Assembly (NCBI RefSeq): GCF_018977255.1
Contig: NW_024704743.1
Location: 87,856,001-87,920,000 of the forward strand
DNA: 64,000 bases
Reading direction: 5' to 3'
DNA from: Callorhinchus milii
Lineage: Eukaryota
Shown: piece after piece, positions 52,764-64,000 of the stretch
Layout of the letters: each line of letters opens with the position of its first letter
Position numbering within the stretch: position 1 is the first letter of the stretch
The notes under the pieces: generated by a model
Databases searched by the model: none
Seen by the model: only the letters and a program-made list of their open reading frames with translations
Told to the model about the DNA's origin: nothing
Translations under genes and position numbers: made by a program

Positions 52764-54078
52764 GCCAACTATAAAAAGTTTTATTATTTTATTATTTATT
52801 ATTATTGTTTTGTGGATTGGTATCATATCTGTAGTGGTTAAAAATATATAGGATATTTAACATGATTTGTTTGTACACAAATAGTGGAGTCAAATTTGCA
52901 ATCCATGTGATCTTTACCATGTAGATAGTGGACACGCCAATGTCTTTCTCACTCCTGAAACAATAGATTCTGGTTTGAGGATTGCTGCCATTAATTGCCA
53001 GTTAGGGTAATACTAAGAACAAAATTCTCCTGGGTCTAGACTTAGACTTTATTCTGAGAATATCAGAGTGTACAAATTGTGAACAATTCTTAAATTCAGT
53101 CTTACTTTTGAAGCCAGTTTTCTGTAGGTTCTTTCAAGAACTATAAAAACATGGCTTCAAAATTATGACTGAATTTAAAAATTGTCCAAACTCTCCTCAT
53201 ATGAAATGGTGAGGAAAAGGTTCAATTCAAGATCCACTTAGAACTTCATCCTGCTAACTTTTTAGAAAACAAAAAAGATATAAGTCCATTGACTGGCTTC
53301 TCTGATTTCATCGAGAACAGCGGGGGGAGTCCATCTCCAGCCCATTTAATTGCCCGGCTGACCAAAGTCTGCAAGACAACAATCCTCCACTTCTTGAACA
53401 GTGCAAGAGAAACAGACAGAAAGTAGACAGAAAGTATGTCATAGGGTGTGGGTGTCATTCACGTGTTTATAATTCCAAAGCTCTTTGTGTGTGGTGGGTG
53501 GGGGAGAATAAGAGTTCACCTCCTGCACAATGCGCTACACAGTAAGTGACCCATAGGGAGACAGGATAGGGATTGGGGTAGAGCAAAGTTGAGGGAGGGA
53601 AAACTCCAAAAACACAGGCAAACAACAGAAAGAGACTTTTTTATAAAGTATACTTACACTCCCGATCAAGAGCTAAGTCAGTAGCGGAATTAATTTCCCT
53701 GTGGAATCCCTTCATTCTCATTGCCTATTCTCCATTCAATATTAAATCTATGGTTGTGTGCACCACTTTCAAGGTCTAGAACAACCAGATGGGCTCAGAA
53801 TTTGAGACACGAATATCCAGAACTATTTTTGTTTTTTAAAATCTTTACACATACAGGAGTCAGGAAAGTATTACTTCAGGACTTTGAAGCCACTGTCTTG
53901 GCTGACAATCCAATGTCGTGCTGAGGGAGTGCTACATTGGCAGAGGTGCCATCCTTTAAATAAGATGCCAAATTAAGGCCCCGTCTACCTGTTCAGGTGG
54001 ATATTAAAGGTCCCATGGCACATTTGAAAAGAAAAAGGAGTTTCTCCCGGTGTCCCTTCCAACAATTCCCCAGATAAA

Positions 54079-54730
54079 CAAAACACAAAATCCTGCAGAT
54101 GCTGGAAGTCTGAAACAAAAACAGAAGTCGCTGGGAACACTCAGCAGGTCAGGCAGCATCTATGGAGAAAGGAAAGTGAGTCAACCTTTTGGTTCCACAA
54201 GCCTTTGTCAGAACTGGGGCATGCTGGAAGAGAGAGGCCTTTAAGGGCTAACAGAGAGTGGGGAGGTAGGGCAAGGACCTGGGATCTGGGACCAAGGTGA
54301 TGTGGTATTTTTTATGGTCACAGAAGAGGGGGAGGGGGAAAGTGAGCGGTTATGGTCTGAAATCATCATCATTTTACCATATTATCTTGGTCCCAGACAC
54401 ACCGTTTCTCTCTCTGGTCTGCCTATTTTGTTGCAATCTTTCCCCACCCTTTGTTCTGCAGTATTAATACCTCTATTCCCTTGCTTTGTTGCAACCCCCA
54501 CCCCACTTTGTTTTACATCATTAACACCTCTTTAACCTATCATCCCCTGTCCTCTACCCCATTTTCTCCTTTGTCTTCTTTGCCCTACTTCCCACCTCTC
54601 TGTTAGGCCTTAAAAGCCTTCCCTTCCAACATGCCCCAGTTCTGACGAAGGGTCTTGGACCCGAAACACTGACTCACTTTCATTTTTCCTTAGATGCTAC
54701 CTGACCAGCTGAGTGTTTCCAGCGACTTCT
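54079..54730. mobile_element. Non-autonomous Penelope-like insertion with inverted arms, inside a Deu-SINE
   Basis: Arms at about 54123-54275 and 54580-54730 are reverse complements. Flanking 16-bp direct repeat CAATTCCCCAGATAAA. Hammerhead motif in each arm. Confidence 0.7.
54638..54674 (+). ncRNA. Hammerhead ribozyme motif with mutated cleavage triplet
   Basis: AGUU-CUGACGA-A-GGGUC(UUG)GACCC-GAAAC-ACU-GACU. Confidence 0.55.
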
Positions 54731-55207
54731 CAATTCCCCAGATAAAACTGCTCTGGGATAAAGCTCTTGCAGTTTTAGCTGGTTAGACTCCAGCAGTATC
54801 CAACAAACACTCTGGAGTCCCAAGCCTTGGCTCTTGCCTATCTGCACCTAATACTCTCCTGAATAAGGAAAGTAGAATGAGTCCTTCCAGGGAGAGAGTG
54901 CAAATTCTTTTCCAATAAATATCTTGTGCATTTCCATTATAGGTGGGAATGCATGGAACTCTCACTTTGGTTTGGATACCCTTAAGCATAGTGATGGGTT
55001 GCTCAGATGTTGCTCAGATATCTGGCTGATTTCCAAAAAAATGATCATGCACTTCATGGCTGATTGAGTGTGTGCAAATTCACTGCCACATTTGGCTAAA
55101 AAAATACACAGTCACTACACAATCCATTAAATCCTATAATGTTCTTTGAGACACCTCAGTGATGTGATAAAACACTCAATGAAATGCAAGGATTATTATT
55201 TATTATT

Positions 55208-55730
55208 ACAACAACAACTTGCACTTGTATAGTGCCCTCCAAGCAGGGTAGCATCTTAGAGTGCTTAACAGTGGCAGAGTCTGACTCTGAGCCAGGAGTG
55301 GGTGGGGTAGGTAGGGGAGCTGGAGGTGACCGTAAGCACAAATGAAAAGGAAGGTTTTCAGGCGGGACTTGAAAAAGGAGAGAGGGGGTGCAAGGCAGAG
55401 AGATTGAGGGAGAGTGTTCCAGAGTTTCAGGGAGTAGTGGCTGAATGCGCGACCTCCAATGGTTGAGCAGAGGGTGTGTGGGACAAGCAGGAAGTCGGTG
55501 CCAGTCGAGCGGAGGCACAGGGTGGTGGATTGGGGAGTGAGGAGGTCGGAGCGGTAGGGAGGTGCCAGAGAGTGAAGGGATTTGAACACGAGTGTGAGGA
55601 TCTTGAAGTTGATCCTTTTGGTGATGGGCAGCCAGTGGAGCCTGGCCAGAACTGGTGAGATGGGGTACGGAGTTTGGTCTGGCTGAATGAGCTGGATTTT
55701 TTGAATAGTGGAGCTGGGGAGACCGGCGTG
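55208..55730 (-). mobile_element. L2-clade LINE 3' fragment, same family as 12822-13447
   Basis: FKSLHSLAPPY.SDLL...GGRAFS...LWNTLP...FKSRLKTFLF; (TTG)n tail. Confidence 0.9.
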
Positions 55731-56444
55731 GTATTATCTCAGTCGTTGACAACGTTTCGACACACAGGCACACCCTCAAAGCAGGAACACAATCATGGTA
55801 ACTAGTTTCAGTGCTCTTTTAGCTCTGATATACTGCTTAAGGACAAAAGATCAAAAAGTGCAAATAAAGTCATGGCTGAGTGAGGAGGATATTTTGCCAT
55901 GATCAGTAATTGACCCCACAGGAGTGTATGACCTACTGCTGAGGTGACCTTGACAAACAATTGTGGGCAGTGTGTATCGGTATCAGTGACTTTTAAGGAT
56001 AGAAGGACATTGTGTGAGATAGGACATAGGCCAAAAGTAATTGGGGGAATGAAAGGCATGTGGAAAAAACACATTATAATCTGCTCTGCTTCTTTTTCTT
56101 ATTTAAAGAATTATATTTATTTTGGCATTTGGATGATGTTTATTTCTGTAGGGAATCATAACGATTTCTTTGTCGAGGTTGTGAGAAAGTGCAGGAAGTG
56201 AGGGGGCAATTTTTAAAAATAAATTCCAACACTTTATTTTCTTCACCTTTACGCCACCCACAGCACTGTCTTAGCACTCTTTTCATTCAGCTGAGAAGAC
56301 CCCAACAGCCTGAGCAGTAGACTTCTCCATGGTCCTCATCAACCTTGGGATTTTTCCTATCTCTCCCCCACCCCTCCCCGAAGAGAGAGGGAAACGGAGA
56401 AAGGAAAGGAAGTTGCGGTTAATGACCTTTTAAGGTTATCAAAA

Positions 56445-56560
56445 TGAAACATCAACTCACTTTCCTCTCTCTGTAGATGCTGCCAGACGGGCTGAGTGTT
56501 CCCAGCGTTTTCTGTTTTTATTTCAGATCTCCAGCATCTGCAGTATTTTGCCTTTTGTAT
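56445..56560 (+). mobile_element. Fragment of the same Penelope-like terminal repeat
   Basis: gaaacatcaactcactttcc...gatgctgccagac...ccagcatctgcagtattttg. Confidence 0.7.
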
Positions 56561-57639
56561 ATTGTAAAGTGAATTGACTGTGTATTTTGTGGGTGAAAAT
56601 AAAATAAGTTAGTTTAAAATAAGTTAGTTTGCTTGGCATATGCTGCAAAAGTACAAAAGTGAATACATTCAGATGTGTGCTTCAGGATATCACCTAATCT
56701 AAAGATGATGCCAAGTTCTGTAAGGCAGTATCCAAGCTAGATATTGTATTGAATTTAATCTACAGAAATCGCTATTTTGCTATTTGTCTTTTAACAAGCT
56801 ACAGTTGCCAAGTTTGGCTCCAGATCCAGGACATCTGTTGTAGCTATTGTGGCATTAGCACCCACAGCAGAACAGCACAGTATAGCTGGGAAAGACAATG
56901 CGAGGTCTCTGAGACATACTAACCAAGATACCTCTACCCTGTATCAATTTCATAACAATCTGTGATACTGTACTATGTGGGAAGTTGGCGTCAAAGTGTC
57001 AGATAGCAATGTTGGGGTGGTGGAGAAGAAGGGAATTGGTTAGTTTGTGGTTTGTGGAGTTGTGGGTGCATCCTGTGGCAACTGATTTGAAACTATCAAA
57101 CAGTGCACCTGCAGAAGGCTTGTACCAGAACCGTTGGAAAAGGGTTCAGGCACAGATGTTATCAAGCTACTGTTGTACTATGATTTCCCAGATCAAAAAC
57201 CTACAGAAACATGTGTTATGCCTCAGAACTCATGAGAATTGGTTGCCCTCTAGCTGAGTATTGATGCTGTTTGCTGTTGTTTTCACGTTGGATGTACCCT
57301 CTAGCTATGTTTGTGTTGATATATACTTTTTCAGGGTACTCCACCTGAGTATGTACAGTTTATAGTGGAACTGGTTGGTGGTAAGGTGACACAGCATGTC
57401 TGTGTCCAGTGTCAAGAAGTAGTATGACACGTGTTTCATTGACGATTCTCTGATGTATTGCTATCCTTATCTCGTTCCATGTTTCTATTGCAGTGTTGCA
57501 GTTAATGTACTGCAATATAAATTGAAGAGCGCTGTTGCCTCTGGAAGAATCCTTCAAAACTAAACCTCTGCAACTGTGATTCCTTTGACTTCAGGCCTCT
57601 GCAGCTGTATTCTCTCCTACTTTAGGCTCTTGCAACCAT

Positions 57640-58250
57640 CAGTAGAGGGACCTCTCCTGTTCCTAGTATATATTAATGACCTGGATTTGTAGACCAAGTA
57701 CAATGTAGTTAAATTTGGGAACTGTGAAATCAGAGGAGGCAGCAGAGATCCTACAAAGAGAGATAGATAAGGTATGCACGTGGGCTGATATCCAACAAAT
57801 GAGGTTCAATGTAAATAAATGTTTTACACATAGGAAGTAAATAGAAAAGGCTCATGTATTGTATGGATGTTGTAGAAATTGCCAAGGCTGAAGTTAAAAG
57901 AGACTTGGAGATGTTAAATCACTTGCTGCTCACTATAGAAAGCACTCTGAAGAAGCTATAAACAAGGCAAACGAGAAGCTGGGCTGTGTTGCCAAATCAA
58001 CTGAGTTCAGATCCGTAGATATCTTACACAAGTTGTATAGTGTTCTCGTCAGGCCACACCTAAAGGTCTGTGTATATTCTGGCCAGTGCACTGTAAGAGG
58101 CCTGCCCAGTCCTGAGAGGCCGTGCAGAGGAGATCAATGAGCATGACCTCCAGTGTAAGAGGAATGAGCTATGAGCAACGATAGACAAGCCAGGGCATAT
58201 CAATCTGGAAAAAAAGACCTATAGTAGGCTTTATAGAGGTGTATAAAATG
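57640..58250 (+). mobile_element. Degenerate CR1 RT fragment
   Basis: YINDLD, QMRFNVNKC and LYSVLVRPHL-like remnants with frameshifts. Confidence 0.7.
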
Positions 58251-58542
58251 AACTCGTCAGTGGCACCCACACACTTCTGGTCCTGTGGGCTGCTTGTTGG
58301 GGCAACCTCCCCTCTGATTTGCTGATGGACCTATCAGTCAAAGCAACAGCTTGCCTGTCTTAAAGAGGACCGACCTTTTAACTAAGGTTTACTCAGCATC
58401 CCACCCCATCCCCAAGAATATTTTCACTTGTCGCCTATGGATGTGCTTTCTTTTTAGGTCCTTGTAGTTTTTATTCATTGAATACAGCAATGTAGACCAG
58501 AGTACTAAGCTGTGCTTGTGTTTTTGCATTATATTTGTGCCT

Positions 58543-58871
58543 CTTACTCCACACACCTCTGTTTATATAGCAGTAAGCAGGAGCGTGGTTTTTAATGATT
58601 GGAGGATGACTTTCTGGGGTAACAATCCCTCCAAATCAATCAATAAATGAATACATTTATTTTATTTATTTATTTTACGTACGTACATACATAAATAAAT
58701 TTGGTCATTCAATCCATGACTGTGTGTGGGACACTGCTAGGTGCAATTGTCTGCTGTGTTTCACCCACAAAATACAAAGTCAATTAATTTTACAGTATAT
58801 TCTGTGAAGCGCTTTGAGATGTCTCAATGACTTGACAAGGCACTTTATCAAATGCAAGGATTATTATTATT
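58543..58871 (+). mobile_element. 5'-truncated tRNA-derived SINE
   Basis: Family body (cttactccacac...cagtaag) and (ATT)n tail. Confidence 0.8.
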
Positions 58872-59097
58872 AGGAGAGCGCTGCACTGTCAGGGATGCGG
58901 TCCTATTGATAATACATAAAACAAAGATCCTGCCAACCTGTTCAGATAGCCATTGAAGATCCGATTATATGATTTAAAAAGAGAAGGGAGAATCACTTCA
59001 TGGTTGTTCATAGGACCTTGCTGGGCACAAACCGATCCCATATTCACTTCCACATACATCAGCAGTGCACTTGACAGCTAATACATATAAACAAACC

Positions 59098-59528
59098 TCT
59101 TTGTTAGATTTTGATGTTCTAGGCACTGTATCAAATGAAAGGATTGCAACATTATGTGTGGAGTCCTATAGCTCAGTGGTAAGAACACTTGCCTCACAAG
59201 CGAGAGACCTGGGTTCAATTCTCGAGAGGGCTAAATGTTGGGCAAATTTCCTTACTCCACACGCTTTTGTTTACCAAGCAGTAAGTTGTTAGTCGATTGG
59301 TGTATCGCTTATCCGGGGGAAATAATTCCTTCAAAAATTTTTTTTAAACTAAATTGGTCACTTCAATCCATGACTGTTTGTGGGACACTGCTGCGCGCAA
59401 TTGGCTGTTGAGTTTTGCCCACAAAATATACAGTCAATTCATTTTACAGTATATACTGTGACAAGCTTTGAGACATCTCCAAAACGTGATAAGGTGCTCT
59501 AACAAAAATGCAAGGTTTATTATTATTG
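59098..59528 (+). mobile_element. SINE carrying the same 60-bp 5' extension as the second monomer at 51497-51921
   Basis: Direct comparison of the two sequences. Confidence 0.85.
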
Positions 59529-60989
59529 TATACACCTAATATACACTGAGTACTAGTTCTCTCTTGTGTTCCTCCAGTTATGTATCTATATTGTTTGTAT
59601 ATATAATAGTGTGATCGTCACGGCTGCTCATTCCAGTTTTGAATCTGTATTGCACTTGTTTGATATAAGATGGGGTCTAATTTGTGGCATTTTCTTTTAT
59701 TGGAAATCCTTAAATCCAAATAACACAAATTGGAACCAGCTGTACATCCCACTGACCCATTAAACTCTGTTCCACCATGATTTATTCCCAGAGCACAGAT
59801 CACACACTTTGATGAAAATTCTGACAGGATTCGTTATTGAGGAAGAAACATGAAGAAACATCACATATTAGACTCTCTTCTGTCTAATTGCATTGCATCT
59901 ATCTACAGTGTACCATTTTTTATTTTCTTAAATTGGTATGTTATGTTTGTATTATGTGATGTGATGGTGTGATACAGTCTCCAGTTTGTGTTTATAGTGC
60001 ATTTGAGTATTCTGCACTTGAGTTTGCATTGCACAAATGTAATAATTCACACGGTTGAGATTGTGAACTCAGCTTTGGTTGCGTGTATTAGACATTTGGA
60101 TCGTGTGCTGCAAGTGTGACCTCTGCTTGTGTTTGCATAAGAATTTTGCAGTGTTTGCTGGTGTGAGTGTGTTCCCTGTCGTATTCATAAATGTTATATG
60201 CTGTATGTTGTGTGTGTGTGTGTGTTTGCAGTCTGGCTGGTTATGTAACTGCATTGAATCTTTGAATACTATGAGTTCCTCTTTCTCTAGTACTCCATTT
60301 CCTGTTGGTTGGTGTGGCCACGCTGAGGAGTTGTTGCAGAGCCCGAACTAGCCGCCGCAGCGCCAGAAGCTTGTTCCAAATAAAAAGGCACCTTTCTGCC
60401 GGGAGTCAGGTGTGAACACTATCTCAGTATTACAAAAACACTATTTCAGGACCGAATAGTAAACATGTGGAACAGGGTCCCTAGGGAGATGGTTGAAACA
60501 GGAAGTGTTCATTCCTTCAAACATAGATTAGGTAGTTTTCTTTTAGGAAATAATATTATAGGATATAGTACATAGGGGGGCAGTTCGGGACATATGTGCA
60601 TGCGACCGCTAGTTAAGGTGCAAGGCGAACTAGATGGACCTTGGTCTTTTTTTTTGTCCAGCATTTCTTATGATCTCATGTGAAGTCAGTGCCCTGGGGG
60701 CTCCTGGTTTGGGTTTCTAAGCTGATAAGACAAACTGAAACAAATGAAACTTCAGAAAGAATGGGACTTTAGCCGTGCAGTGTCCTGGCTTCATGTCTTC
60801 CACCAGCATCTCTATTGCTTTGTGCATTCACTCACCTTGTTTAGTTTCTGATGGTAATTGTTGCATACGTTGAGTATTAAATCATCCAGTTCAGGTTACC
60901 TCACCATCCTCTTCCCCATATTCCTTGTCCTGTGATACAGGACACGAGAAGCAAAATAGTGGTTTAAATGATTACCATGATTACGTGCC

Positions 60990-61275
60990 TTATAATAATA
61001 ATATTCCTTGCATTTGATATAGTGCCTTATCACGTCTTCGAGACGTATCAAAGCGCTTCACAAGATATACCCTAAAGTGAATACAAACTGTATATTTTGT
61101 GGACAAAATACGGCAGCTAATTGCACACAGCTGTATCCCACAAACAGTGACTGACCAAACTANTTTTTTTAAAGGAATTATTACCACCGGAAAAGTGATG
61201 AATTGACGAACAACCGGGTTCCTACTTACTGCTAGATAAACAGAGGCGTGTGGAGTAAGGAAACTTGCCAACATT
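60990..61275 (-). mobile_element. 5'-truncated tRNA-derived SINE
   Basis: Family tail and body on the minus strand. Confidence 0.8.
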
Positions 61276-64000
61276 TATACATTTTCAAGTCGGCTTTGTC
61301 CTTAGTTAGCAAACTTTTGTGATCTCCCCTGAAGTGCAGGGAGTTGTTAAAGTGTTGGGTTTTCCAGCGCTGGTTCTTCACCTGAGAAGGTGAACAGGTT
61401 AATGTTCATGCTGAGGGCAGAGCAGGGAGTTCCTTCTCTGTCACATGATAAAGATTTGCTCAGAAGAGGGAGAGGAGTGTGTGTGGGAGAGGCAAGGGGG
61501 AGGGCAGCAGTTACACAGCACGGAGCTGCAGAAAGTGCAGGTGTTCAACAGGTGCATCCTGACAATACAGCTCTCAGTTTGCTTCCAACTCCTCCGCTGT
61601 TTGTGTTCTTTCATATTTGTTTTATTCAGGAGCAAGCATGCATTACCCACCTGTGATGTCTGCTTCTGGATAAACAAATGATCCCATCGCCTGCCATTGT
61701 TACATGACATTAAAAATAGAGTATAGCTTCATTGGTTCACAAAGTTCCTGGCAAATGGAAGACTATAATTAAATGAAATTCAACATATTAATAATGTTCT
61801 CTCAACCATTCACAAATTCGGTTCGATATACAGTCTGCAATCTTTAACCCTTTATGATAGCCAATATAGTCAGACGTTAGAATGGGTCATCCAAGAAATA
61901 TGTTCTCACTAAACTGTGTTTTAATGTTTATGTAAATAAATGTTTTACCATAAATTGTAGTAAACTACAGTTGAAAAAAATCATGTGCCATTATTCAGAG
62001 GATTATCTTTTTAGGTACAGAATAGTCTGCAAAGAAACAGCCAAGATAGCCAATACAGTAAATCAAATTGTGTTTAAAGGTTAAACAAAACAGTGTGAAG
62101 GCTGATTTATTGTAAAGATGTGCGTATTCCTAATGAAGAATATCGTCTCCAGCTGCACCTTTACTTTAAACATTACTTGTTCAAGGTCAAAATTTTACTA
62201 TCGATGCAAAGCATATTTTATTTCATGCTTCTTTTTCAAATTACAAGTGAAGGAAGGGTAAGTCATTAACACAAGCTTTTTGGATCATATTGTGTAGAAC
62301 TGTACTGCTGTGATTGTGACTGTTTATATTCTTGATAAACATGATGATCACCATTACTGTATGGGGTAGGTGAAAGATGCTATATTAATACAAGTTGTTG
62401 TTTTATGGGAGGGGGAAGGGAGAGGGGATTAGGAAAGGTGGAGGCTCATATGGAGAAAAATCAATAGCTCAAACTAATTGGGTCGAATGGCTTGTTTTGA
62501 TGCTGTACAATCCACGTAATCTCTTGAATCATTGGACCACACTTTCGGTCATCTTTCACTTCCCCCCACAGCTCAGGTGCCCAGCCAGCACTGTGCAGCT
62601 CCCGAAGTGAAAGGCCTATATAAGTGCAAATTGTATTGTCTCCACACAACACTCATTTTCATGCATTTTAAGATAAGGTACACATTGACTAACTGATGTA
62701 AGTTCCCTATGCTCTTTGCAGTCTAAGGACTTTGTCCAACTGGCTTTATGAGAGAGTTGAGAGTTTCCACACAAATGGATTAAAGGTAAATGTCATCTGA
62801 ATTGTTATTGAAGGTTAAATATTCCATAATATTGACCTCAAAATACATTAGCTATTTGTATTCGAAATTTGAACGCTGCCTGAACAATCAATTTATTTGA
62901 TTTGTCATTTTCATTGTTAAAAATATGTATATATTTATATATATAGGCCTGAGGCCCAGCATTTCTCATAAATTTAGCCTTCATTTTTAGATTATAGATT
63001 ATGCATAATTGTAAGAAATGTCTTAAACTCGACCTTAATTTAGAACTGATTTCTAACAATAATTCAGGAATAAGCAATCTTCAAATTTCATATGTAAAAA
63101 GTTACAATAGTTTTACAGGACTTGTGCTTGATGTATACTTTGAGTTAAATAAGATCAGTTTTGGTAGTTATGTGTATAACATAAGTAAATAATAGCCATA
63201 TATATCATACACTGTGGCGGATCGCAAGTGACATTGGAGTTATAGAAACATTAAATACAAAGTGGAAAAATTGCAAATCTGCATTTGGAATCCTGAAAAG
63301 AAATAGCTTTATATATACATTTATGTAGTTATTGATCAGGGTTCAGATTCTACATACTATGCAAGACAGAAAATGCTTGGCGCTCTAGATTGAAAATGCT
63401 CTTATTTTCCTGAACTCCAATATACCTGTAACCAGTGTTCGTCTTATAATAATGGTTTTTTGAAGCCACTTGCGTAACAATCTACTTAGCTCCAGGCATG
63501 AGAAACTGAGTCTATTGAAGAAGGTTTCGTATTTATAACGGGAACAGATTACCAGGAGTAATTAATGGTGTTAAGATATGAGTGGCCTGTTCCCATTTGG
63601 GACAGTTCTCACATTGATCATATGGCTTATAGCCTAAAGGGGGCTTTCNTTTTTCTTCTTTTTCTCTCTGTGACTTCCTGCAGGTCTCTTGGCCTTTTGT
63701 GTTTTATTGTGCTGGTCAGTAAGGTCTAAATAGGTCAGAGCTGATACCTCCTGGCTGTGCTCTCTGAGGGATTAAACAGTAATTTTAGGAACAAAGCATC
63801 TCTGTGTGTGCAGGAACATTTATGAAATCAACATTTTTTATTCACAAATGTAGTGTTCCAACAATTTACTGAGGTGCAATTCATGCTTATGTAGTATATT
63901 CTTCTTAATACTATCTAAGTAGGTGCAGCACAGTGGAAAAACCTAATTCAGGAATTACTGCACAAGTACACATTTCAACATTCTACACAAGATGATTCCA

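Noticed and set aside
61163..61163. Ambiguous base n (another at 63649)
   Set aside because: Sequencing or assembly ambiguity beside homopolymers, not biology.
63650..63683. Strong splice-acceptor-like pyrimidine tract plus CAG
   Set aside because: No recognisable coding exon follows. A non-coding exon cannot be excluded without RNA data.

Overview
Vertebrate genomic DNA, about 40% GC by eye and rich in repeats. The repeat families suggest a cartilaginous fish, probably a holocephalan (inference). One gene is well supported, TRIQK on the + strand, which the ORF track misses because its exons are tiny. It has a probable non-coding first exon in a GC-rich promoter (donor at 2547) and three coding exons (19877-19937, 35288-35373, 46036-46149). 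These splice in frame to an 86-aa protein: MGRKDAGTSKVPIDQYRKQIGKQDYKKTKTVLKATRLKAEAKKTAPGIRDVTLIIIAVLILVLVVYAFFFLNLTTEVDLDLDPDEN. The rest is intron or intergenic DNA with tRNA(Ala)-headed SINEs, older Deu-domain SINEs, L2, CR1 and RTE LINE fragments, two promoter-flanking tandem repeats and several hairpins. The most interesting signal is a short repeat family carrying a minimal type I hammerhead-ribozyme motif of the Penelope-like kind. One insertion has two inverted ribozyme-bearing arms inside a 16-bp direct duplication. Other notable items are a dimeric SINE with a 5'-truncated sister copy, an L2 flanked by an inverted 12-bp duplication, and a uORF at the start of the first coding exon. 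Repeat boundaries are approximate and family names come from recognition, not from a database search.
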